A program made the translations under genes and the position numbers. From NCBI GenBank assembly GCA_016844925.1, contig JAERTI010000036.1:11053-75052 (forward strand): a DNA stretch of 64,000 nucleotides. The letters are read 5' to 3'. How positions within the stretch are numbered: the first letter of the stretch is position 1; every line of letters begins with the position of its first letter. Origin of the DNA: Candidatus Uhrbacteria bacterium (lineage in GTDB: Bacteria > Patescibacteriota > Patescibacteriia > UBA9934 > GWF2-40-263). Positions 38,760 through 48,478 of the stretch are shown one piece after another. The notes beneath the pieces were generated by a model. That model saw only the letters and a list, made by a program, of their open reading frames with translations, was not told where the DNA came from and did not search any database.

Positions 38760-39150
38760 TGTAAGTCGTTCTTTCACACCAAACTCTTGGGAGGTTTCCC
38801 GAAATCACGTTGACAGCTTGTCGGCGGGTGCCCCACGCCCGTGTGCTTTAGGGAAACGTCTTACCGACTTTACTGTTCAGTGAACTGTAAAAACGAAAAC
38901 AAAAACGAACATTCCTAGGTTAGCCAGCACTATGACGACCTCGGTCGTTCGCAGGTAAAACCAATGAATGGTAAAGCGGAGAGTTTCTTACCGGTCCGTG
39001 TTCGTGCCCAAAGGGCGTTGAGTTGTGTGACAGCAAAACTGTCATAGAACCCAGCGCCTAGACAGGCCAACATCTAAACCGGTCCTACGTGAGGGCCACA
39101 TCTGAAGTAATCTTCATTAAAGCAGATGACATGGCCCTCTTCTTCTTTTT
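38760..39150 (+). ncRNA. Candidate structured non-coding RNA or long leader (~390 nt), with its own promoter (TTGACC-N17-TATTAT at 38727-38755) and a strong intrinsic terminator (GAGGGCCACATCTG...CAGATGACATGGCCCTC + TTCTTCTTTTT at ~39080-39145)
   Basis: No protein-like ORF. By eye it has no RNase P, tmRNA or SRP signatures; family unknown. Confidence 0.35.
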
Positions 39151-39184
39151 AAAAAATGGTGATACGCTTTCATCACTGTTTTTA

Positions 39185-39571
39185 ATGACAAGACGTATGG
39201 GAACCGATTTTGAAACAAAAATGAACGACTACTTGCAAGGAGAGAAGACTCGTCTAGAAAAAGAACTAGCGAGTTTTGCGCACCGCAACCTCAAGGCAAG
39301 TGAGACAGATTACGACACTGACTTTCCAAACATCGGAGATAAGGATGATGAAAACGCTTCAGAAGTCGCACAATTTTCAAACAACCTCTCTCTAGAAGAC
39401 GAACTAGAGAAGGCTCTACGCGACGTTGAATCTGCTCTCAAGCGCATCGAGGATGGCGCTTACGGGACTTGTAAGTACTGTTCACAACCAATCAACGAAA
39501 AGCGGCTGGTTGCACGCCCAACTTCTAGCTCTTGTATCCAGTGTAAGAAGACCCTCACACAAGAAGTGTGA
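39185..39571 (+). CDS. DksA/TraR-family C4 zinc-finger protein
   Basis: C-terminal CKYCSQPI...CIQCK; coiled-coil N-terminus. The start is uncertain (ORF track 39089; ATG at 39185 preferred because 39089-39180 overlaps the terminator hairpin). Confidence 0.55.
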   Translation: MTRRMGTDFETKMNDYLQGEKTRLEKELASFAHRNLKASETDYDTDFPNIGDKDDENASEVAQFSNNLSLEDELEKALRDVESALKRIEDGAYGTCKYCSQPINEKRLVARPTSSSCIQCKKTLTQEV

Positions 39572-40047
39572 AGTACACGCAGAAAACATTTTGGCTCCTG
39601 CTCCCGATCGCCCTCGTTGTTCTTGCAGATGAATGGATGAAGTACATTGCCCTAGGGCGACTCCCTCAAGAAGGGAGTCTTCTTAGTAACGGTATCTTTG
39701 ACCTGGCAATCCACAAAAACTACGGCATCGCTTTTGATATCCCTTTTAAGCTGGAGTTTGTCATTGCTTTTTCTCTCATTATCGGAGCAATTCTACTCAA
39801 GATCGCTTGTGAGAATAGGAAGAAGAAACCTGAAATCAGTTTTGCTGCTCTTGTCATCGTCATTGGAGCAATTGGAAACCTCTATGACCGCATCGTCTAT
39901 GGCTTCACGGTCGACTACATGATCTGGTTTGAGCGTTCAGCAATCAACCTGTCGGATATCGTTATTGTTATGGGTGTTGTACTGCTCTTACTGAATTCAA
40001 GACGAGGAAAGAGACGCTCACCAAGATTGACATCAAGGAAAAAATAG
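39568..40047 (+). CDS. lspA: Lipoprotein signal peptidase (signal peptidase II)
   Basis: ..AIHKNYGIAFDIP.., ..NLYDRIVYGFTVDYMIWF.., 4 TM; terminator hairpin after the stop. Confidence 0.8.
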   Translation: MKYTQKTFWLLLPIALVVLADEWMKYIALGRLPQEGSLLSNGIFDLAIHKNYGIAFDIPFKLEFVIAFSLIIGAILLKIACENRKKKPEISFAALVIVIGAIGNLYDRIVYGFTVDYMIWFERSAINLSDIVIVMGVVLLLLNSRRGKRRSPRLTSRKK

Positions 40048-40096
40048 CGTAGTCTAGCCATATAAATAAACCCCCTGCGTAATCGCTGGGGGTTTT

Positions 40097-41617
40097 ATGT
40101 TTCATATTATTTCAAGTGCCAACGTTGGAATCGAACCGGTTCCAATCACTGTAGAGACCGACGTTACCATGGGCCTTAGAGTATTTTCTGTTGTTGGATT
40201 GCCAGATGCATCCGTGCGTGAAGCGCGCGACAGAATTCGAGCAGCCATGCGTTGCTCAGGGTACAAGTTTCCGCGCGGACGCGTGACGGTAAATCTTGCA
40301 CCAGCCAACGTGCGTAAACAAGGACCTGTGTACGATCTACCTATCGCACTCTCTATCCTTGTAGCGATGGGCATTATTCCACGAACAGCTATCGAGCACG
40401 CCGTATTCATCGGAGAACTTGCCCTAGATGGAAGCGTGCGCCCTGTTCACGGAGCACTCACCACGGCCCTTATGGCACACCGAACTGGACGCACCGCGGT
40501 CTTTGTCCCAAAACAAAACGCTGCCGAAACCTGTGCACTACGCGGACTCACAGTGTACCCCGTTGAATCGTTGAGCACACTTGTCGATCACCTTCTTGGC
40601 ATCAAACGTATCAGTCCTGCCAAACGCGTTCGTCAAAACACAACAGCCACACATCGATACGACTTCTCGAATGTGAAGGGTCAGGAGGGAGCAAAGCGTG
40701 GATTGGAAATCGCTGCAGCTGGAGCTCATAACATTCTCTTGAAAGGCCCACCTGGGGCAGGGAAGACGCTCCTGGCTCGATCACTTCCATCCATTCTTCC
40801 AACTCTTACCTACGAAGAATCGCTTGAGGTGACATCCATCACATCGATTGCCGGCCTCCCACTTCCCGCCACGGGACTCATTCACAACAGACCATTTCGC
40901 GCACCACACCACAGCGCCTCTGCCGTAGCTCTCGTTGGTGGGGGAGCATGGCCAAAACCAGGGGAAGTCTCTCTGGCACATCGAGGCGTTCTCTTTCTAG
41001 ATGAGCTCCCTGAATTTTCGCGATACGCTCTTGAGCATCTTAGGCAACCGATTGAGGATGGTTGTGTGACCATCTCTCGTGCCACAGGATCTGTTCAATT
41101 TCCAGCACGGTTTCTCCTTATCGCCGCCATGAACCCATGCCCCTGCGGGCATTTCACCAACCCTCATCGCCAGTGCACTTGTCGATTGAACCAAATAACG
41201 AAGTATCAAAAGAAGATCTCCGGGCCGCTCCTTGACCGGTTCGATATTGTCATTGAAGTCCCCGCGGTGGAGCATGACAAACTCCTCTCAGACGAGACAC
41301 TCGAAACATCACAGAACGTCCGAACCCGAATCAAGCAAGCGCGCGTGGTTCAAGAGAAGAGAATGAAACCTCTTGGACTCCTCACGAACAATGAAATCAC
41401 CACTGGACAACTCGACACGATTTGCCATCTCTCCAGTGACGCCAAACAACTTCTTGAGCAAGCACTCAGGGCAAACAAACTTTCTGCACGCGGCTACACA
41501 AGGGTACGGAAGGTGGCACGAACCATTGCCGACCTGGCAGGCGAGGAATCCATTGCTGTCGAACATATCGCTGAAGCGCTTCAATATCGTGGGCAAGACG
41601 CTCTAGAGGTCTCATAG
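40097..41617 (+). CDS. comM: YifB/ComM-family Mg-chelatase-like AAA+ ATPase
   Basis: N-terminal Lon-like domain (..GIEPVPITVETD..), Walker A GPPGAGKT, C-terminal ComM domain. Confidence 0.85.
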   Translation: MFHIISSANVGIEPVPITVETDVTMGLRVFSVVGLPDASVREARDRIRAAMRCSGYKFPRGRVTVNLAPANVRKQGPVYDLPIALSILVAMGIIPRTAIEHAVFIGELALDGSVRPVHGALTTALMAHRTGRTAVFVPKQNAAETCALRGLTVYPVESLSTLVDHLLGIKRISPAKRVRQNTTATHRYDFSNVKGQEGAKRGLEIAAAGAHNILLKGPPGAGKTLLARSLPSILPTLTYEESLEVTSITSIAGLPLPATGLIHNRPFRAPHHSASAVALVGGGAWPKPGEVSLAHRGVLFLDELPEFSRYALEHLRQPIEDGCVTISRATGSVQFPARFLLIAAMNPCPCGHFTNPHRQCTCRLNQITKYQKKISGPLLDRFDIVIEVPAVEHDKLLSDETLETSQNVRTRIKQARVVQEKRMKPLGLLTNNEITTGQLDTICHLSSDAKQLLEQALRANKLSARGYTRVRKVARTIADLAGEESIAVEHIAEALQYRGQDALEVS

Positions 41618-41689
41618 AGGCCCTTGACACCCTCTACAGCCATGCTAATGTCTTCAGCCAGCACAACCCGAACGAGAAGGAGACTTTCC

Positions 41690-42196
41690 ATGCGACTCGT
41701 GCTGCTGATGGCGCTGTGCGCCACGACCCTGACCGCCTGCGGCCCCGACATGGTGGGCGGCAACGGTGGTGACGACACCGACGCCCCCGAGACCGAGACC
41801 TACCAGATCTGGGCCGAGCGCCTGGACGAGCACGCGCAGGTGAACGCCGAGCTGCTCGCCACCTGGGACGATCCCAACGCGCACGGCTGGCACTTCCAGC
41901 AGCCGGACACCGAGGGCGACGTCGAGCTCGAGTTCAACGACGCGCAGATCGAAGGTGCGCTCGCGAGCAACCCGGACTTCGACCTCGAGAACCTGGAGTG
42001 CATCCGCTTCAACGTCACCTGGGGCGAGGGCTGCGAGCAGGACGGCTCCCAGAGCCACTGCAACTGGCTGAGCTACGGACAGGGCGACAGTGCCTACACC
42101 ACCGGCGACTACAGCTTCGACGCCCCCGGCGACTGGGACACCCCCTGGATCATCGACGTCGACTCCGGCAGCTCCCTCATCAGCTGCCGCAACTGA
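41690..42196 (+). CDS. GC-rich lipoprotein (lipobox LTAC; acidic, Cys-containing), single-gene module
   Basis: TTGACA-N16-TAATGT plus GAGAAGGAG-N9-ATG. The promoter abuts the comM stop and the terminator ends TTTTCTTTTTG. The ORF-track start at 41624 is upstream of the signal peptide. Confidence 0.55.
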   Translation: MRLVLLMALCATTLTACGPDMVGGNGGDDTDAPETETYQIWAERLDEHAQVNAELLATWDDPNAHGWHFQQPDTEGDVELEFNDAQIEGALASNPDFDLENLECIRFNVTWGEGCEQDGSQSHCNWLSYGQGDSAYTTGDYSFDAPGDWDTPWIIDVDSGSSLISCRN

Positions 42197-42467
42197 GCCA
42201 CACCGGCTCCGCCCCTACCTCGGTAGCGGGCTTTTCTTTTTGAAGACAATTAGATCTTGTAACAAAAAACCGAGAGCTCGATGCCCTCGGTTTTTTACCC
42301 CCACCACCTCACCTTCCACTCGGTCCACCCTGGTGAACGAGCGCTGGGACAATTTTGAGTCGGACAGTGTCCCTACAGATCTCAACATTCGTCCCAGTGA
42401 TCGGCTCGCCCACTCATAGCGAGACCAACCCCCAGTCTTCGACGAGCTCCGAGCTTTGTCTCGTCAC

Positions 42468-43133
42468 CTACTTACCAAACCGCCGCTGCCTATTCTCAAA
42501 ATCCTCCAAGCACGCTTCCAAATCTTCCTCACCAAAATCCGGCCAATTCTTTTCAATAAACTTCAACTCACTATAGACACCACCCCACGTCAGGAACCCC
42601 GACAACCGTCGCTCACCTGATGTACGCACAATCATGTCTGCGTCAGGAATCGACTGTGACCAAAGCACCTGACTAATATTCTCCTCTGTCACCTCAACTC
42701 CAGAGTCAATCAACGCCTTCACTCCATCCACAATCTCGGCGCGCCCTCCATAGTTCACACATAAATTAATCTGCCCACGCTTGCCGCTCGCCGTTGTCTG
42801 CTCCGCCTTCTCAATCGCGGTAATAATCTTGTCACTCAACCCCTCACGCCGACCAACAACCTTCAAACGCACATCATGCTCCAAGAAAAAATCGAGGTCC
42901 TTTGTCAGGGCCTTAAGGAGCAGGTCCATCAGGTACCCAACCTCTTCCTCACTCCGCTTCCAGTTCTCCGTCGAGAATGCGTAGACAGTAAAAAATTCAA
43001 CACCGCGCTCAAGCGCGGCCAGTCCGATCGTTTTTACATTGTCGTATCCTCGACGATGTCCCTCCAGTGTTGGCAGACCCTTCTCACGAGCCCACCGCCT
43101 GTTTCCATCGATAATAATAGCTAGATGTTTCAT
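42468..43133 (-). CDS. uppS: Undecaprenyl-diphosphate synthase
   Basis: MKHLAIIIDGNRRWAREKGL.. plus the conserved cis-prenyltransferase core; start trimmed. Confidence 0.85.
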   Translation of the reverse strand: MKHLAIIIDGNRRWAREKGLPTLEGHRRGYDNVKTIGLAALERGVEFFTVYAFSTENWKRSEEEVGYLMDLLLKALTKDLDFFLEHDVRLKVVGRREGLSDKIITAIEKAEQTTASGKRGQINLCVNYGGRAEIVDGVKALIDSGVEVTEENISQVLWSQSIPDADMIVRTSGERRLSGFLTWGGVYSELKFIEKNWPDFGEEDLEACLEDFENRQRRFGK

Positions 43134-43531
43134 ATCAGCCGGAAGTATAGATAGATTCCTAGCAGAAGCGCAACCCAAGCTAATCCAATGGCGTCCATGA
43201 GCTTCATGCGCCACTGAAACTCCTCCCAACTACTCCAACCACCATACTTCCAGCTCCAGCGCCTCCCAAACAATAAGCAGGCAAACAAAGCCACGATCCC
43301 GAAGACAGGCACAAGCGAAAGCAGAAACCAAAGATATAAATGTGCGCCAAAGGCCCAACCTTGTGTAAATAGTAGCGCTCCAAGCGCTGGCCCACGAAGG
43401 TACCGCGCTCGAATCTTCTCATCCGGCTCAAGTACAAGCGTAAATCCGCATCCACCACAGCGCTCATTCCAGGTCTCGATCTCTTTTTTACATGATGTGC
43501 ACGTGCGTTCCATACCTGAGCAGTATAACAA
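43130..43531 (-). CDS. Small zinc-ribbon membrane protein (CxxC...CGGC then 3 TM)
   Basis: ORF track. Confidence 0.5.
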   Translation of the reverse strand: MLYCSGMERTCTSCKKEIETWNERCGGCGFTLVLEPDEKIRARYLRGPALGALLFTQGWAFGAHLYLWFLLSLVPVFGIVALFACLLFGRRWSWKYGGWSSWEEFQWRMKLMDAIGLAWVALLLGIYLYFRLI

Positions 43532-43554
43532 AACAGAGCCCTATGGGACTCTGT

Positions 43555-44829
43555 TTATCGAACGTAATCAAGTGGGTTCTGGAATCGGCCGTTGCGGATA
43601 ATCTCAAAGTGCAAGTGCGTTCCTGTTGAGCGTCCGGTGGTACCTGTCTGTGCGATCGCTTGCCCTGTCGAAACAGTATCACCTACACCCACGTAATTCT
43701 TCGCATGGTGCGCGTATCGAGTGACATATCCATCACCATGATCCACTTCCACCGTAAGTCCATATCCACTGCGCCACCCTGAGAAAATGACCACACCACC
43801 ACGGGCAGCGTAACTATTGGTCGAATAATCTCCATCGATATCCAATCCCGTGTGTCGCCAACCCCAGTACTGCGTAATCACGCGCCAGTCGGTAGGCCAG
43901 ACCCACCCTGTGGCAGACGACGTCGCCCCAGAGGCCGTAGATGGTGCCGTAAAGAGTGTTGTAAGTGAGGCACTCTTACGCGCGGTACTTGCTGGAGATG
44001 GTGGCTCGCCTCCTGGCAGAAGCAACTCGTCACCAATCGAAAGCGTATGAGCACTCTCCATGTTGTTTTGGTTCATGATGTCCTCGACGTCCACATCATA
44101 CCGACTCGCAATACGTGAAAGTGTGTCTCCACTTGTGACGGTATAAAGCACACCGTCGGACGGAAGAATTTTCAAATCATCACCTGGCTGAATCGTACTG
44201 TTGTATGTCAGGCCATTGGCCCAAAGTACTGTTGAGAGCGAGAGACCAAACTTCTCCGCAATCACCCCAAGCGTATCCCCCTGCTCAATCACATACGTCT
44301 CAACGCTCCCGCGAACAGGAATATCTCGAGCTGGCTCCTCTACAAGATCTGTACCCACCTGCGGTGTTACGTAAGACTCCTCCAAATAATGAAAGTCAAT
44401 GTGTCGACGCGCGTCCACAATCGTATCAGACATATAGGACGAACTTGACCCAAGTGACACAACAGGGCTCCCAGCCTCAACCACCTCCAGGACATAACTA
44501 TCATCCTGCGCCACCAGCTCATACAGCAAGCTCTGCTGACCAAAATCCTCAGCGCGCACTTCACGCGCGGAAAGATTCACAAACACGACACTCCCCACAA
44601 TGATCGCCATCATCACGTGCACGGTATAACGATTCGAGATAAAGAACGCGACGCGATGCTTGGCTGGCCCCATAACCCTGGCCACGTTCCGCCTGAAGAG
44701 AAGCACTAAGCGATACACGGGCACACCAATCACGCGGGTCAAAAAAAGACCAATACCCCTCATGGGCACGGCCATCTTCTGGAGGATTGGTCCCCCTTTC
44801 TGCTTTACAAAAACCAAGGCGCGCAGCAC
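43555..44829 (-). CDS. LysM-domain M23-family metallopeptidase (cell-wall hydrolase)
   Basis: Two LysM-like stretches (..YVIEQGDTLGVIAEKFG.., ..YTVTSGDTLSRIASRYDV..) and an M23 catalytic region (..HTGLDIDG.., ..GTHLHFEI..). Confidence 0.75.
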   Translation of the reverse strand: MLRALVFVKQKGGPILQKMAVPMRGIGLFLTRVIGVPVYRLVLLFRRNVARVMGPAKHRVAFFISNRYTVHVMMAIIVGSVVFVNLSAREVRAEDFGQQSLLYELVAQDDSYVLEVVEAGSPVVSLGSSSSYMSDTIVDARRHIDFHYLEESYVTPQVGTDLVEEPARDIPVRGSVETYVIEQGDTLGVIAEKFGLSLSTVLWANGLTYNSTIQPGDDLKILPSDGVLYTVTSGDTLSRIASRYDVDVEDIMNQNNMESAHTLSIGDELLLPGGEPPSPASTARKSASLTTLFTAPSTASGATSSATGWVWPTDWRVITQYWGWRHTGLDIDGDYSTNSYAARGGVVIFSGWRSGYGLTVEVDHGDGYVTRYAHHAKNYVGVGDTVSTGQAIAQTGTTGRSTGTHLHFEIIRNGRFQNPLDYVR

Positions 44830-44930
44830 GCCTAGAGCGGATTGAACGATGAGTTGTTTAATCCTGAGATTGATAAAAATCGCTTAATTTGCAGCCGGAA
44901 TCATAGCGGAAATGACCGTTTCTGTCCAGG

Positions 44931-45299
44931 CTAGTGGGGTCGCGTTGTTCCCTCGCGTCCGTAGTCATCTGAGAACCGTTCAATGTCATCTTCCCCAAAG
45001 TAGTCACCACGCTGCACCTCAATAAACACCAACGGCTCATCTCCAAGACAAGCAATACGATGCTTGGATTGCAAAGGAACGATCAACACCTCTCCAGGAC
45101 CGTGCTCTGTATCAACATCGTCGAGTGTAAACGTTCCCCGACCAGAAATGATGACCCAAAACTCTTCCCGGCGCTGATGCCTTTGATAGGAGAGCCTGCC
45201 ACCTGGCTGCACTTGAATGCGCTTCACTTGATGATCGGCTTGCACATCCAAAATGTCATAGCGTCCCCAAGGTCGAATATTTTCTGGCTGCTCGGTCAT
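44931..45299 (-). CDS. Cupin-domain protein (mannose-6-phosphate-isomerase-like cupin)
   Basis: ORF track; cupin His/Glu pattern. Confidence 0.55.
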   Translation of the reverse strand: MTEQPENIRPWGRYDILDVQADHQVKRIQVQPGGRLSYQRHQRREEFWVIISGRGTFTLDDVDTEHGPGEVLIVPLQSKHRIACLGDEPLVFIEVQRGDYFGEDDIERFSDDYGREGTTRPH

Positions 45300-45913
45300 A
45301 CCAATGTTGGATGGAATGTTTTATACGTCATGCGATGAATGGCACACGGGCCATGCTCCTTAATCGCCTGTCTGTGCGCGGCCGTACCATACCCTTTATG
45401 TCCATCGAATCCATATTGAGGAAATGCCTGTGCATGCTCACGCATCTGCCGATCTCGTGTCACTTTAGCCAAGATCGACGCGGCGGCAATGGAACGAATC
45501 TTTCGATCACCCTTGATAAATCCCTGCTGCGGAACCGTGAGTCCTGGAACAGTCCATGCATCAACGAGTGCGTAGTCGACTTGTGCAATCGACTCAACGG
45601 CACGCCTCATGGCTAAGTACGTTGCCGGACGAATACCAATCTTTTCAATCTCCTCAACACTTGCCTGTCCCACGCCCCAGCTCACTGATTGTTCTTTTAC
45701 CTGATCAAACAGCTCCTCACGCACCTTTTCACTTAAAAGCTTGCTATCACGAAGCTTTTCTAGTCCCGAATCGATGGTCAGAATCGCTGCCCCAGCCACC
45801 ACGGGCCCCGCAAGTGCGCCACAACCAGCCTCATCTACACCCACAATCCACTGATATCCCTGTGCCTGTAATGCTTGTTCAACTTTAAACGTAGGAGCCT
45901 GACGGATTGACAT
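45296..45913 (-). CDS. rnhB: Ribonuclease HII
   Basis: ..VGVDEAGCGALAGPVVAGA.. Confidence 0.85.
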   Translation of the reverse strand: MSIRQAPTFKVEQALQAQGYQWIVGVDEAGCGALAGPVVAGAAILTIDSGLEKLRDSKLLSEKVREELFDQVKEQSVSWGVGQASVEEIEKIGIRPATYLAMRRAVESIAQVDYALVDAWTVPGLTVPQQGFIKGDRKIRSIAAASILAKVTRDRQMREHAQAFPQYGFDGHKGYGTAAHRQAIKEHGPCAIHRMTYKTFHPTLV

Positions 45914-45988
45914 AAGGGGGCTATTTTCTTAGACTTACGACCGTATTTCCGTAAATAAATTAAATCTCGCATTTCGTATCGAGTCTCT

Positions 45989-47980
45989 ATGACTATTATA
46001 CAGTACGCTATTGGCGCGGGGATCCTGGCACTCCTTTATGGAGGGCTTTTGATTCAGTGGATCCTCAAGCGCCCAGCAGGAGAGGGGAAGATGAAAGGAA
46101 TCGCTTTGGCGATCCAAGAGGGAGCATCTGCCTACATGGCACGCCAGTACAAAATGATCGCCGGTATCGGTGTCGTGATGTTCTGGATCCTGGGCATGGT
46201 CCTGGGCTGGAACCTGGCCTTCGGGTTCGCTGTCGGTGCCGTTCTTTCAGGACTCGCCGGCTACATCGGCATGAGCGTGTCCGTACGTGCGAACGTTCGC
46301 ACCACTGAGGCAGCAAAGAAGGGTCTCTCAGAGGCCATGGACGTTGCTGTCCGCGGAGGAGCCGTTACTGGACTCTTCGTTGTTGGTCTCGCCCTCTTGG
46401 GTGTTGCTGGATTCTACGCAGCAACAGGAGACACTCACGCCCTCATCGGACTGGGCTTCGGAGGATCTTTGATCTCCGTCTTCGCACGTCTTGGAGGAGG
46501 TATCTTCACCAAGGCTGCTGACGTAGGAGCTGACCTCGTTGGAAAAACTGAGGCTGGCATCCCTGAGGATGACCCTCGTAACCCAGCTGTGATTGCTGAC
46601 AACGTTGGTGACAACGTTGGTGACTGTGCTGGAATGGCAGCCGACCTCTTTGAGACGTACGCTGTGACATCTGTCGCCGCCATGCTCTTGGCAGCACTCA
46701 CCTTTACTGGAAACGAGACCGTTGTTCTCTATCCACTTGCCTTGGGGGCTGTTGCGATCGTTGCCTCCATCGTTGGAACACTCTTTATCAAGATTGGAAA
46801 AGATAAGAACATCATGAAGGCTCTCTATAAGGGCCTCATCGTCGCAGGTATTCTCGCAGCTGCCGGTTTCTACCCTGTGACTACTTCCATGCTCGCGGGC
46901 ATTGAAGGACTCAACGCCATGAACGTGTATTACTCCGCCCTTCTGGGACTCGGTGTAACCGCGCTCATGATCATGATCACCGAGTACTACACTGCTACCG
47001 AGTACAAGCCTGTACAGCGCTTGGCTGAGGCTTCAGAGTCTGGACACGGAACCAACATCATCGCTGGTCTTGCTCTGTCCATGAAGTCCACCGCGCTTCC
47101 TGTGATCACCATCGTGGTTGGTATCTTAGTTGCCTTTGAACTCGCTGGACTCTTTGGTATCGCCATCGCTGCCATGTCCATGCTTTCACTCACCGGTATC
47201 ATTGTTGCCATGGACGCCTTTGGTCCTATCACCGACAACGCTGGTGGAATTGCTGAAATGGCCGAGCTCCCAGAGAAGGTCCGTGAAATCACCGACGCAC
47301 TGGACGCTGTTGGAAATACCACAAAAGCTGTAACCAAGGCGTACGCCATCGGTTCTGCCGGACTCGCTGCTCTCGTACTCTTCGGAGACTATGTGCACGC
47401 TATCGAGGCAGAGGGTGTAAGCGTCGTCTTTGAACTCGACGATCCAAACGTCATCGCCGGACTCTTCCTCGGAGGTCTCGTAACCTACCTCTTCGGCGCT
47501 ATGGCCATGGAAGCTGTTGGAAAAGCGGCTGGTGCGGTTGTCGAAGAAGTACGCCGCCAGTTCCGTGAAATTCCTGGCATCATGAAAGGAACGGCTAAGC
47601 CAGAGTACGGTAAGGCTGTAGACCTCGTAACTGGTGCCGCAATCCGTTACATGTTTGTTCCATCTCTGCTCGCTGTGCTTGCTCCAGTTGTTGTGGGATT
47701 CACCCTCGGTGTAGAGGCTCTCGGTGGACTCCTTATCGGATCCATCATCACCGGACTCTTCGTGGCTATTTCCATGACCACCGGTGGAGGAGCTTGGGAC
47801 AATGCAAAGAAATACATTGAAGTTGGAAACTATGGCGGTAAGGGCTCCGACGCCCACAAGGCTGCCGTTACAGGTGACACCGTAGGCGATCCCTACAAAG
47901 ACACCGCTGGCCCAGCTATCAACCCAATGATCAAGATCTTGAACATTGTGGCCCTGCTGATTGTCGCACTAATCGTCTAA
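45989..47980 (+). CDS. hppA: Membrane-bound proton-translocating pyrophosphatase
   Basis: ..[24 protein letters not shown].. and ~16 TM; hairpin terminator at ~47990-48022. Confidence 0.9.
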   Translation: MTIIQYAIGAGILALLYGGLLIQWILKRPAGEGKMKGIALAIQEGASAYMARQYKMIAGIGVVMFWILGMVLGWNLAFGFAVGAVLSGLAGYIGMSVSVRANVRTTEAAKKGLSEAMDVAVRGGAVTGLFVVGLALLGVAGFYAATGDTHALIGLGFGGSLISVFARLGGGIFTKAADVGADLVGKTEAGIPEDDPRNPAVIADNVGDNVGDCAGMAADLFETYAVTSVAAMLLAALTFTGNETVVLYPLALGAVAIVASIVGTLFIKIGKDKNIMKALYKGLIVAGILAAAGFYPVTTSMLAGIEGLNAMNVYYSALLGLGVTALMIMITEYYTATEYKPVQRLAEASESGHGTNIIAGLALSMKSTALPVITIVVGILVAFELAGLFGIAIAAMSMLSLTGIIVAMDAFGPITDNAGGIAEMAELPEKVREITDALDAVGNTTKAVTKAYAIGSAGLAALVLFGDYVHAIEAEGVSVVFELDDPNVIAGLFLGGLVTYLFGAMAMEAVGKAAGAVVEEVRRQFREIPGIMKGTAKPEYGKAVDLVTGAAIRYMFVPSLLAVLAPVVVGFTLGVEALGGLLIGSIITGLFVAISMTTGGGAWDNAKKYIEVGNYGGKGSDAHKAAVTGDTVGDPYKDTAGPAINPMIKILNIVALLIVALIV

Positions 47981-48092
47981 ATAGACAGAACAAAAACACC
48001 CCGGCCTCGGCTGGGGTGTTTTGATTTTGGCAAAGAAAAAACCGCCGCGTTGCGTACGGGCGGAGATGTGCTTGTCAGGAGGTCGAGTTGTT

Positions 48093-48362
48093 TCAGTCCT
48101 CCATTACACTGAGGACGTAGCGAGTCTTCTCCTTTCCACCGAGAGCCTTCAGAAGCGTCTCGATGGCTTTCTTGTGGACCCACTTCTTGCCAATGAACTT
48201 CCCGCGGTCACGTGGGGGGATGTCCACCTCAATGACGACGGATCTGGTGCCGACGACTTCTCGGACGTCGATTTCGTCGGGATTGTCCACGAGGGACTTG
48301 GCGATCTTCCTGACCAGCCAAGTGCCGTGACGTTCTCCGCAACTGGGATCGTAGCTGGCCAT
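48093..48362 (-). CDS. KH-domain RNA-binding protein (YlqC/UPF0109-like), GC-rich, stand-alone
   Basis: ..IAKSLVDNPDEIDVREVVGTRSVVIEVDIPPRDRGKFIGKKWVHKKAIETLLKALGG..; AAAGGAGG-N5-ATG; terminator CCGCC..GGCGG+TTTTTTCTTTG on the minus strand at ~48035-48065. The ORF-track entry 48093..48770 is over-extended. Confidence 0.65.
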   Translation of the reverse strand: MASYDPSCGERHGTWLVRKIAKSLVDNPDEIDVREVVGTRSVVIEVDIPPRDRGKFIGKKWVHKKAIETLLKALGGKEKTRYVLSVMED

Positions 48363-48478
48363 GACGACCTCCTTTGTGACAAGTGTGGCCAGCATGGTGC
48401 AAACGCGGGGGGAAGTCAAGAAAGAAAAAAGCCGCCGGAGTGATTCCAGGCGGCAGCGGAGTTGTGTCCGCACGTTGT

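Noticed and set aside
38760-39150. Assignment of the non-coding transcript to RNase P RNA, tmRNA or SRP RNA
   Set aside because: By eye it lacks the GGAAAGUCCGG/ACAGAACCCGGCUUA P4 strands, a tmRNA tag ORF with 3' tRNA-like end, or the SRP domain IV motif. It is left as an unclassified candidate.
42240-42467. GC-rich non-coding stretch between the lipoprotein module terminator and uppS
   Set aside because: It contains only short shadow ORFs (42090..42419, 42355..42576) without signals. It is possibly a decayed remnant of a former module, but nothing supports a feature call.
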